DNA of 64,000 nucleotides from an uncultured Prolixibacteraceae bacterium (GTDB lineage: Bacteria; Bacteroidota; Bacteroidia; Bacteroidales; Prolixibacteraceae), in the NCBI GenBank assembly GCA_964540755.1, contig CAZIOB010000104.1, positions 5,576 to 69,575 of the forward strand, written 5' to 3'. Below are positions 27,873 to 36,707 of the stretch, piece by piece. The stretch's first letter is position 1, and every line of letters starts with the position of its first letter. Both the position numbers and the translations under genes were made by a program. The notes under the pieces are model-generated. The model ran no database searches. It was given only the letters and a program-made list of their open reading frames with translations, and had not been told where the DNA came from.

Positions 27873-28814
27873 TTATTTTACGCTGTTTTCTTGTTTTGTC
27901 AGTTTCTGTAATACGAAAATAAGCAAGAATCCTGTTATGGCCATAATAATAGCAGCAAATAACCATGAATCACTGCCGGTAATTTGTTCAAACATTCCCG
28001 GAAGTATATTTTTTTCCATAAGAGGTTTTATTTCTCCACTGGCATCTGTGTATGATTTAGTTACTTCCTTCCATGGCCAGATTTTATTAAGGGAACCTGT
28101 CATAAAGCCTGCAAGAACAGCAATTGTAATATTGTGAAAATGTTTTAACAGCCAGGAAAGAAGATTTGAGAAAGCAATAATACCTATTGCGGCCCCTGCA
28201 AGAAAGATGATCAAAACATACAGGTCAAGAGTTCCGACTGCTTCCAGAATAAACTTGTACATTCCAAGTAAGACCAGGATAAAACTTCCTGATATCCCTG
28301 GTAATATCATTGCACATATAGCAATTGATCCTGACAAAAATATAAACCACCATGATGTATTTGCTTCGGCAGGGGTTATAATTGTAATAATTAACGCAAT
28401 AACAATGCCCGCTAATCCTGCAATAATAATTTTGAAATCCCATTTTTCTATATTAAGGGCAATGTAAATTGCCGAAGCAAGGATAAGTCCGAAAAAAAAT
28501 GACCATACCGGTATTGGGTAATTTTCCAGCAAAAATTTCAGTCCCCTTGCCAATGATAAAATACTGATGGCAATTCCAACCAATACACTGCTCAGAAACG
28601 AACCGTTAATGGATTTCCAGAATTCAGCAAATTCACCAGAAAAGAGAAGCTTCAGCGCTTTAAAGTTCACAGATTTAATTGAATTCACTAATTCTTCATA
28701 TATTCCTGTTATAAAGGCGATTGTGCCACCTGAAACTCCGGGGATCACGTCAGCTGCTCCCATAGCCATACCTTTCATACCCAGTATTAAATAATCCTTT
28801 AATTTTCGTTTCAT
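27873..28814 (-). CDS. DUF368-family membrane protein (family implicated in undecaprenyl-phosphate recycling)
   Basis: GMAMGAADVIPGVSGGTIAFITGIYE signature, repeated in the second half as LPGISGSFILVLLGMY. Confidence 0.85.
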   Translation of the reverse strand: MKRKLKDYLILGMKGMAMGAADVIPGVSGGTIAFITGIYEELVNSIKSVNFKALKLLFSGEFAEFWKSINGSFLSSVLVGIAISILSLARGLKFLLENYPIPVWSFFFGLILASAIYIALNIEKWDFKIIIAGLAGIVIALIITIITPAEANTSWWFIFLSGSIAICAMILPGISGSFILVLLGMYKFILEAVGTLDLYVLIIFLAGAAIGIIAFSNLLSWLLKHFHNITIAVLAGFMTGSLNKIWPWKEVTKSYTDASGEIKPLMEKNILPGMFEQITGSDSWLFAAIIMAITGFLLIFVLQKLTKQENSVK

Positions 28815-28895
28815 AAAAATCCGTTATGTGTTTGAAAAGCAATTAGTAATTAATGAATAACAAATTATAAGTTATGAATAATAAGTTAAATTGCA

Positions 28896-30698
28896 TCACT
28901 CTCTGTTTGAATAGAATCTTTCAAGGATTGATCCGTCGTTAGCCTCTTTTGATAATGACTCAATAGTATTTTTGGGAACATCAAATACATCCAGGACAAT
29001 CAGTCCGTCAAGGCAATTATTGAATTTGGGATCAACGTTAAAGGCAATTATTTTGGAATTCAGTTTGATATATTTTTTTAATAGTACAGGCAGTCCGGTG
29101 TTCAGTTCATCAAGGTCGCCAATTACTTTATCGAGCCGGTTGATATCATGATCCATATTTTCCATTAAAATATTAAAATCAGTGTTATCACTTCTGAATT
29201 TATAGCTCTTACGGGGCTTAACGTACCGGGCCATTTTCCAGTTGAGGTGGTTTCGCATGATAAACTTAATGATAAGGTCTTTTGAAATTTTTGAATAATT
29301 ATTACTTATACTTACCGGTCCGATAAGGTAACGGTATTCAGGATTTTTTAGAAGAAAATATAAAATACCCTTCCATAACAGGAAAAGAGGCATTGGCTTA
29401 CGCTGGTATTCTTTTATAACAAAAGAACGGCCCAGTTCCAGGCTTTCTTTCAGTACCGGTTTAAAGTCATCACTGATACGGAAGAGAGAATGGAGGTAAA
29501 AACCTCTCTTGCCATACTGTTCAAGAATCTCTTTTCCCTTACCCAGACGATAGGCTCCTACTATACATTCGTTTTCTTCATCCCAGATAAACATCTGGTG
29601 ATAATAAAGATCAAATTCATCAATATCAATACTGCGGTTGGTCCCCTCGCCGACTTCCCTGAAAGTGATTTCGCGCAAGCGGCCTATCTCATTTAGTATA
29701 TTCGGAATATTTTTGGAAGGTGAGCAAAAAGCTGTATAGTTTTTTATATTAAAAAGAGTAAAGTCTCCGCGAATATCTTCTATTTCTTCCAATATCTTTT
29801 CTTTTGGAACGGGATCAACTATATCCTGCGGCCTGGAATATGGTTTCAGGTTATAATTGAAAAACCTTTTAACCTCGAGATTCGATTCCATACTGTATGT
29901 TTTGGCACGGATAAAACGGCTGAACTGGTATATATCATTGAATTTGTCCTGTTCCTTTACAGTGATGGGACTTCCGATACGGATTTTTATTGTCTTATGT
30001 CTTTTATTAAGCAGCTCTGAAGGGAGCCTCACATGTCGCAGTGAAGGATGAATCTTTGCAAAAAGATGGAACAACCTGCTGTTAGTTCCCTGGAAAAGAA
30101 CAGGAACAACAGGCACTCGGGCTTTCTTTATGAATTTAACCGCAGGAAACTGCCAAACCTGGTCTGTTATATTGTCGAATGTGCCATAAGTACTTAAATC
30201 CCCTGCCGGGAATATGCAAAGCACGCCATTATTTTTTAAATGGTTTATAGCGGTCGTAATGCCCGGACTGTTACTGATCCTCCATTCTCCCTTCGATTTA
30301 TTATTGAAAGGATTATTATTGATAAAATAATCGGAAACGGGATCTATCTTTTTAAGTAAAAAATTACCTACAACCTTTACATCAGGCCGGATGCCCGAAA
30401 GGTATTTTATCAGGAGAAGACTGTCAAAACCGCCGAAAGGATGATTTGCTATTATAATCAGCGGACCTTCAACAGGAATTTTCTTTAGTTCGTTTTCATC
30501 GAATTCGATTTTAAATTCAAGGTTATTAATAATTTCATTAATGAATTCAATACCTTTTTTTGATGCAATTTTTTCATATATCTTATTGAGTTTATGAAAC
30601 TTCAAAATATGCATAAGGAACCTGGCAAAGTATTCACCGCCAAATATTGCAAGGGCAGGAGGGGCTTTTATGATATCGGTAAGCTTTAATAATTCCAT
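28896..30698 (-). CDS. Bifunctional acyltransferase: N-terminal PlsC-type O-acyltransferase fused to a C-terminal GNAT-like N-acyltransferase (OlsF-like aminolipid synthase)
   Basis: HX4D motif IIANHPFGGFD in the N-terminal half. The C-terminal half (REITFREVGEGT..., FLLWKGILYFL) resembles N-acyl amino acid synthase/OlsB-type domains. At 600 aa it matches the OlsF architecture. Confidence 0.65.
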   Translation of the reverse strand: MELLKLTDIIKAPPALAIFGGEYFARFLMHILKFHKLNKIYEKIASKKGIEFINEIINNLEFKIEFDENELKKIPVEGPLIIIANHPFGGFDSLLLIKYLSGIRPDVKVVGNFLLKKIDPVSDYFINNNPFNNKSKGEWRISNSPGITTAINHLKNNGVLCIFPAGDLSTYGTFDNITDQVWQFPAVKFIKKARVPVVPVLFQGTNSRLFHLFAKIHPSLRHVRLPSELLNKRHKTIKIRIGSPITVKEQDKFNDIYQFSRFIRAKTYSMESNLEVKRFFNYNLKPYSRPQDIVDPVPKEKILEEIEDIRGDFTLFNIKNYTAFCSPSKNIPNILNEIGRLREITFREVGEGTNRSIDIDEFDLYYHQMFIWDEENECIVGAYRLGKGKEILEQYGKRGFYLHSLFRISDDFKPVLKESLELGRSFVIKEYQRKPMPLFLLWKGILYFLLKNPEYRYLIGPVSISNNYSKISKDLIIKFIMRNHLNWKMARYVKPRKSYKFRSDNTDFNILMENMDHDINRLDKVIGDLDELNTGLPVLLKKYIKLNSKIIAFNVDPKFNNCLDGLIVLDVFDVPKNTIESLSKEANDGSILERFYSNRE

Positions 30699-30827
30699 TA
30701 TTTAAATCATTCTTTCCCGGGAAAAATATAATCCTTAGAAATACAAAAATAGTATGTTTTTTTTGATTAATCTTTTCCGGACCGGCAAAATTGGTATCTG
30801 CAAGGTAAAATATTACCGGCCATATTA

Positions 30828-31748
30828 TTAAATGATATATTTCTTACCCTGCCAGGTATCTCTTTCTTCAAGACGCTTTTCTACCTTTGCCACAAACTCA
30901 AAATTTTTGAGGCCCCAACGCGGAGCAATAAGTAATTCCGGTGGCGCCTGACTGACAAAACGTTCCACAATGATATCCGGATTAAGCCTTTCCAGGTAAT
31001 CAATTACAAGTTCAATGTATTCTTCCGAGCTGAAGATATTAAAATTTCCGGGATTTTTATAATACTGTTTTTCCATAACAGTTCCCCTGTGTATTTGTAA
31101 ATGATGCAGCTTAATGTTATTGACCGGGAGGGAAGAAATTACATCTGCCTGCTTCAGCCAGTCATTCCTGTTCTCCCCCGGCAGACCGATAATCATATGG
31201 GCACAGTTATTTATTCCACGAGATGCTGTCTGTTTCAATGCGTTCACCGAATCAGAAAAAGTGTGACAACGATTCACAGCTTTTAATGTCCTGTTGATAT
31301 GTGATTCAATGCCGAATTCAATCATGATATACACTTTTCGGCTTAAATCAGCAAGATAATCTAGTATTTTTTCATCAACGGTATCCGGACGGGTAGAAAT
31401 GACCAGTCCGATTACTTTTGGATTCCGCAGGGCTTCTTCATATAATTTCTGAAGTACCGGCAGGGGAGCATACGTGTTGGTATAAGCTTGGAAATAAGCC
31501 AGATAACGCATAGTTTTGTATTTTTTTTCGAAGAACTTAATCCCCTGTTCCAACTGTTCGGTTATGCCGGTTTTCAGATTACAATATGATGGTTTAAATG
31601 TTTTGTTATTACAGTATGTGCATCCTCCCCAACCTTTGCTGCCATCGCGGTTTGGACATGTAAATCCTGCGTCTATGGAAATTTTCCGGACTCTCCCGGA
31701 AAATAGTTTTTTAAAAAATGTGGAAAAATCGTTATATCGCCTTTTCAT
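30828..31748 (-). CDS. Radical SAM protein, TIGR01212 (YhcC-like) family
   Basis: ISIDAGFTCPNRDGSKGWGGCTYCNN cluster motif. I prefer the start MKRRYNDF (31748). The 11-codon extension to 31781 runs into repeat copy C. Confidence 0.85.
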   Translation of the reverse strand: MKRRYNDFSTFFKKLFSGRVRKISIDAGFTCPNRDGSKGWGGCTYCNNKTFKPSYCNLKTGITEQLEQGIKFFEKKYKTMRYLAYFQAYTNTYAPLPVLQKLYEEALRNPKVIGLVISTRPDTVDEKILDYLADLSRKVYIMIEFGIESHINRTLKAVNRCHTFSDSVNALKQTASRGINNCAHMIIGLPGENRNDWLKQADVISSLPVNNIKLHHLQIHRGTVMEKQYYKNPGNFNIFSSEEYIELVIDYLERLNPDIIVERFVSQAPPELLIAPRWGLKNFEFVAKVEKRLEERDTWQGKKYII

Positions 31749-31875
31749 ATGATTAAAATTAATTATTTTCAAAGGTATCATATGGAACTCGCATGAGTTT
31801 TAATCATACTCTTGGGTGATTTTACAATCATCCTCGTTTCATTACTAAAATTAAAGATTTTCAAAGGTATCATAT
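31749..31875 (-). repeat. Upstream module copy C, with an internal 19-bp direct repeat
   Basis: The reverse complement of 31746-31818 is 65/73 nt identical to 16974-17046. attttcaaaggtatcatat occurs at 31765-31783 and again at 31857-31875, bracketing a 73-bp core. Confidence 0.85.
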
Positions 31876-32268
31876 ATTTAATGATACTACAGGGTGCCGA
31901 TTTTATCCTGATGCCCGATTTATTTATTATTATTTTATCCGCTTTCAGAGGATTCACACTTTACATTTACTATTTGAGACAAAGAAATGATTACAGGTTA
32001 CAAAATTAAATAAATCAGGGTTATAGAAAGACAAAATATATTCATGGAATGTGGTTGTTAAAAAAATAATCAAAATAGTTGATTAATATTCCGGACTGAT
32101 AATTTCATAAACAAAATCTTATCTCTATTTTTAAACCTGAATATTTAAAGTGAAATCGCCACGGAGTTCTAAAAAGTGCGTTATTGTCGGAATTCATAAC
32201 AAAGTGTTTTGAACCCGAAGCCTTCGTTACGGTAAAATGAGTCATGTACTATAGTTTAAAGTAATACT

Positions 32269-33801
32269 ATGTTATCTTCAAAAGATGAAATTTTTATAAG
32301 GGAATACGGTGCTGATCCTGAAAAGGTACGACAGCAGTTGGAAAACTATAAGAATGGATTTCCCTTTCTTGAAATAGACGAAGCAGCAACAGTCGGAAAC
32401 GGAATTATTGATCTTGATAATTCACAGGTTGAAGAGAATATTAAAATATATGAGGGGGGAATTGCTTCCGGACTAAAGCCTGTTAAGTTTGTCCCTGCGT
32501 CCGGTGCTGCCAGCAGGATGTTCAAAGGTTTGTTCGCAGCATTGAAAGAATGTGAAAAATCAGATGATCCGGATGAAGCTCTGGCGAGAAATGCAACTGC
32601 AAGACAATTTCTTGCCAACCGGGAAAAATTTGCTTTTTATAATGATCTCAGGGATGTATGGGAGGCCGCTGATTATGGTTCCGGGAGTTGTAAAAAATGG
32701 CTTGATTTTCTTTTGAATAAGGAAGGACTAAATTATGGCTCCATGCCCAAGGGATTGTTGAAATTCCATAAATATCCTGATGGTTCACGGACGCCATTTG
32801 AAGAGCATATTGTGGAAGGGGCGGATTATGTTACAGACAGCCGCAGGATTACAAGAATACATTATACAGTATCAAAACAACATGTTGATCTGTTCAGGGA
32901 ATTTCTCAGTAAGGTTGAGTACAAATATGAGAAGAAATTAGGTATTATTGCTGAAATATCCCTGAGCATACAAAAACCTTCTACTGATGTTGTTGCTGTT
33001 GATATGAACAATGAACCATTTCGTAAACCTGACGGTCATTTGTTGTTCCGGCCGGGAGGGCATGGTGCGTTGTTGGAAAATCTCAATGAACTGGATGCCG
33101 ACCTGATTTTCATCAAGAATATTGATAATGTTGTCCCTGACAGGTTAAAACAAATAACCATTGTATATAAGAAAGTACTGGCAGGATTATTACTTAAATA
33201 TCAGGAGGAGTTGTTTTATTACCAAAGGCAGTTAAATGAAAAGCATCATGTCGCCCTGGGAAACCATTTTCTTGTCGAGGCAGCTAATTTTCTTGAGAAT
33301 GTTTTAAATACAAAGCCTTTGGATAATCAGTATTATACGGAAAAGGAAAATCTTTATCATTATCTGAAAAATAAATATAACCGCCCATTACGCGTTTGCG
33401 GCATGGTCAGGAATGAGGGAGAGCCCGGCGGAGGGCCTTTTTGGGCAAGGAATCCCGATGGTACTGTTTCATTGCAGATTGTTGAAAAATCTCAAATTGA
33501 TCTCAATAACACTCAGCAGCAAAACATATTAAAACATACAACCCATTTTAATCCGGTTGACATTGTATGCGGAATAAAAAATTACAGAGGTGAAAAATAT
33601 GATTTAACCAGTTACACTGATCCCGAAACCGGTTTTATATCAAAAAAATCAGAAAATGGCAGGGAACTGAAGGCACAGGAATTGCCTGGTTTATGGAACG
33701 GGGGTATGAGTGACTGGAACACAATATTTGCAGAGGTACCAGTTGAAACTTTTAATCCGGTAAAAACCGTGAATGACCTGCTAAGAGATAAACATTTATA
33801 A
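32269..33801 (+). CDS. DUF4301-like protein with a possible nucleotide-sugar pyrophosphorylase-like fold
   Basis: 510 aa. VPASGAASRMFK and RPGGHGAL loosely resemble UDP-sugar pyrophosphorylase signatures. The family name is from memory. Confidence 0.5.
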   Translation: MLSSKDEIFIREYGADPEKVRQQLENYKNGFPFLEIDEAATVGNGIIDLDNSQVEENIKIYEGGIASGLKPVKFVPASGAASRMFKGLFAALKECEKSDDPDEALARNATARQFLANREKFAFYNDLRDVWEAADYGSGSCKKWLDFLLNKEGLNYGSMPKGLLKFHKYPDGSRTPFEEHIVEGADYVTDSRRITRIHYTVSKQHVDLFREFLSKVEYKYEKKLGIIAEISLSIQKPSTDVVAVDMNNEPFRKPDGHLLFRPGGHGALLENLNELDADLIFIKNIDNVVPDRLKQITIVYKKVLAGLLLKYQEELFYYQRQLNEKHHVALGNHFLVEAANFLENVLNTKPLDNQYYTEKENLYHYLKNKYNRPLRVCGMVRNEGEPGGGPFWARNPDGTVSLQIVEKSQIDLNNTQQQNILKHTTHFNPVDIVCGIKNYRGEKYDLTSYTDPETGFISKKSENGRELKAQELPGLWNGGMSDWNTIFAEVPVETFNPVKTVNDLLRDKHL

Positions 33802-33862
33802 ATTAACAGGTTTTTAATTAATAAAAATTGCTAATTTTAAGGCTTCATTTTTTTGAGGATTA

Positions 33863-35284
33863 ATGGATCAGGAATACAGAGATTATTTTAATGAAGATAA
33901 TATCAGTGAAGCATTGAATCGCTTTAAAGATTCACTGATGTCGGGCAATAAAAATTATTTCGATGTTTCGGAATTTGAAGGTATTGTCGAATACTTTCTG
34001 GATGAGGGCGACATTAATGCTTCCGAGATTGCTGCCAGGCAGGGTATTCAAATTCATCCGGGTTCAGTGCAACTAAAACTAAAGTATGCACAGGTATTGC
34101 TTAACAGTGGAAAATACGAAAGAGCCCTGGAATATCTCGACCTGGCTGAGCAGATTGAATCAACAAATCCGGATATTCACCTCATAAAAGGATCAGCATG
34201 GCTGACAATAGGGGAAGATGAAAAAGCCGGGGCATCCTTTATGAGGGCCTTGGAAACTGCAGGTGAGGAGAGGGATGATATACTATGTAATATTGGCGCA
34301 GCTTATATACAGGCAGGAGAAAAAGAAAAAGGATTAGATTATTATGAAAAAGCATTGAAAATCAATCCTGAAAATGAGATGGCGCTGTATGAACTGGGAT
34401 TTTTCAGCGATCAGGATGGGGATTTTGAAAAAAGTATAGACTACTATAACCTTTATCTCGATAGTGATCCTTTCAATCATTATATATGGTTCAATCTGGG
34501 TATCAGCTATAATAAGGCAGGGGATTTTGAGCATGCTATTGAGGCATATGAGTTTTCACTTGCACTTAAGGAAGACTTCAGCCAGTCTCTCTTTAACATT
34601 GCTAACTCCTACGCGAATATTGGAAAGTACAGGATGGCTATAGAAAAATATAAGGAATATCTGAAATACGATCCTGACAATGACGATGCGCTTTGTTATA
34701 TAGGAGAATGTTATCTTAATATTGAAGAATATAATAAATCGGAATATTATTATCAGAAAGCCATTAAGTTAAACAAGGATAATGATGTTGCCTGGTTTGG
34801 CGCAGGACTGATAATGTGGCTGGAAAAAAAGTGGCAGGAGAGTATTAATTTTATAAAAAAAGCTGTAAAGATTGATAAAGTTAATCCTGAATACTGGCTT
34901 ACCCTGGCTAAAGTATATAATGATTGCGGATTATTTCACAAGGCTGAAAAAGCATTGATCAAAACCGCAGGCCTTGAACCCGGAAATAGTGAGGTATGGC
35001 TTACCTGGGTTGACTTCTGTATTGAGAAAGGAGATATTGATAAGGCAATATCAATAATGAAATCAGCAATGGAGACTAATGGGGATGTTCTTCTTAAATA
35101 CAGGACAGTAGGATTGTTGCTTGAAAGTAAAAAAGATAACGAGGCCTGTGAGTTGCTGGTTGCTGCAATGAAACAGGAATTCGTGCAGCTTGAATATTTG
35201 TATGATATATATCCCCAGGCAGTTAAAAATAAGCAAATAAGTGAATTGATTGATAATTTTAAAGGTAAGGATGAAGGTACCTGA
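33863..35284 (+). CDS. Cytoplasmic TPR-repeat protein
   Basis: Multiple 34-aa repeats with A/Y/L/G spacing, such as GEKEKGLDYYEKALKINPEN and GDFEHAIEAYEFSLALKED. Confidence 0.75.
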   Translation: MDQEYRDYFNEDNISEALNRFKDSLMSGNKNYFDVSEFEGIVEYFLDEGDINASEIAARQGIQIHPGSVQLKLKYAQVLLNSGKYERALEYLDLAEQIESTNPDIHLIKGSAWLTIGEDEKAGASFMRALETAGEERDDILCNIGAAYIQAGEKEKGLDYYEKALKINPENEMALYELGFFSDQDGDFEKSIDYYNLYLDSDPFNHYIWFNLGISYNKAGDFEHAIEAYEFSLALKEDFSQSLFNIANSYANIGKYRMAIEKYKEYLKYDPDNDDALCYIGECYLNIEEYNKSEYYYQKAIKLNKDNDVAWFGAGLIMWLEKKWQESINFIKKAVKIDKVNPEYWLTLAKVYNDCGLFHKAEKALIKTAGLEPGNSEVWLTWVDFCIEKGDIDKAISIMKSAMETNGDVLLKYRTVGLLLESKKDNEACELLVAAMKQEFVQLEYLYDIYPQAVKNKQISELIDNFKGKDEGT

Positions 35285-35293
35285 GATGATTTA

Positions 35294-36544
35294 TTACTGT
35301 CCGGGATGTAGTGTGAGGAACCAGTTAATGGATATCAGTCCGGCCGGAATAATTCCGTCGGTATGTCCCATACCCTCCAGGGGTATTAAAGTTACCTTAT
35401 TGGTGCTTACCCCCAGGTCTATAAAATCATCATAGGTATTTTTTGATATCTGGTAAGGGACAAAATCATCAGCCGTGCCATGCACTATCCTGGTAGGGAC
35501 AGAAGTATTCCAGGCGCTTATGCTGTTTGTTTCCAATGCAGATTTTAGTGATGAATAGATAGTATCTGTTTCAAAATTATGCAGATATTCGTCTGTTAGC
35601 AATTCAGAAATATTAGTTGTGAGTTCTTCGTTTATCTCTTCACCATCTTTTGAACCGTCATAAAGACCGGGAATTTTTGAAGCATAAGATTCGTTAAAAA
35701 TAGCGTCAAGCGGGGTTGTCATTTCTCCGCTGTTGATATAACTGTTTGCTATATAACCAAGAAAATAAGGCATTGGATAGGTTTCCCTGTTCCTGATATA
35801 TTCGTTTATATAAGTGAGATCATAAGGCCCGGCACAGGGAACGCTTGCCATAAGGTCAAATTCCCCGGAATATTCTTGTTCCATAGCTTTTTGCAGATTC
35901 ATAGTCGCCCATCCACCCTGTGAATAACCGGTAATATAAAATTCATTTAAAAGTCCGATTTTCTCAGTCATGGCAAATTCCCTCACAGCGCGAAGCATAT
36001 CGATAGTACTCTGAACGGTTGATTCTTTATGCAGATAAGGATGAAACATGTTGTCGGATGAACCAAATCCCAGGTAATCAGGTAGGGAAATAACAAATCC
36101 TGTTGACGCAACAAATTCAAGCATCATATACAGGTCACGGTTTGGATTTTCTGTAGGGGCATTACTATGAAGCGTGTTAGTGCCGTTCTGATAACTTATT
36201 ACGGGGAAATTACCCTCCCCTATAGGTATGCATGCCAGTCCGGATGCCATTTTCTCTTCACCTCTGAAGGTGGTTTTATATGTTAGTTTATAAACCATGA
36301 TACCATAGGATACCCTGTCGCGTATTTGTTCAATATCGGGATATTCATCAACAAGCTGATCAAATACGGTCTCTACAATAACCGGCAGATATGATTTTTT
36401 CAGTTCGTAATCCAGAAGATACTCATTGACAGGTGGTTCTTCGTCACCGTCAAAAATATTGTGGCAGGAGGAAACGAAGATAACTGATAAAATGAGTACG
36501 AGTATTTTTGGATATAATTTAGATTTTATGGCATAGTGTTTCAT
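35294..36544 (-). CDS. Alpha/beta-hydrolase lipoprotein (lipase/esterase-like)
   Basis: Lipobox FVSSC. Nucleophile elbow GYSQGG. Candidate catalytic residues D (...GTADDFVP) and H (GMGHTDG). Confidence 0.65.
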   Translation of the reverse strand: MKHYAIKSKLYPKILVLILSVIFVSSCHNIFDGDEEPPVNEYLLDYELKKSYLPVIVETVFDQLVDEYPDIEQIRDRVSYGIMVYKLTYKTTFRGEEKMASGLACIPIGEGNFPVISYQNGTNTLHSNAPTENPNRDLYMMLEFVASTGFVISLPDYLGFGSSDNMFHPYLHKESTVQSTIDMLRAVREFAMTEKIGLLNEFYITGYSQGGWATMNLQKAMEQEYSGEFDLMASVPCAGPYDLTYINEYIRNRETYPMPYFLGYIANSYINSGEMTTPLDAIFNESYASKIPGLYDGSKDGEEINEELTTNISELLTDEYLHNFETDTIYSSLKSALETNSISAWNTSVPTRIVHGTADDFVPYQISKNTYDDFIDLGVSTNKVTLIPLEGMGHTDGIIPAGLISINWFLTLHPGQ

Positions 36545-36707
36545 GTTTTTATTTCAAAAATACATTAAAAAATTATATTTACATAGTCTGAATCTGATTA
36601 CTGTTCATTTTTACTTAATTTGGATAAATTTATCGCATCATTGAATTTTTTTAAACATGCCAGTATCTGTTAGATATCAATATCACAATGGCTTTGAGAG
36701 TTAACTG

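Noticed and set aside
32155-32175. cacggagttctaa as an inverted partner of module copy C (which would make a second inverton)
   Set aside because: Only gagttc plus one more base match the 14-nt core. That is not distinguishable from chance.
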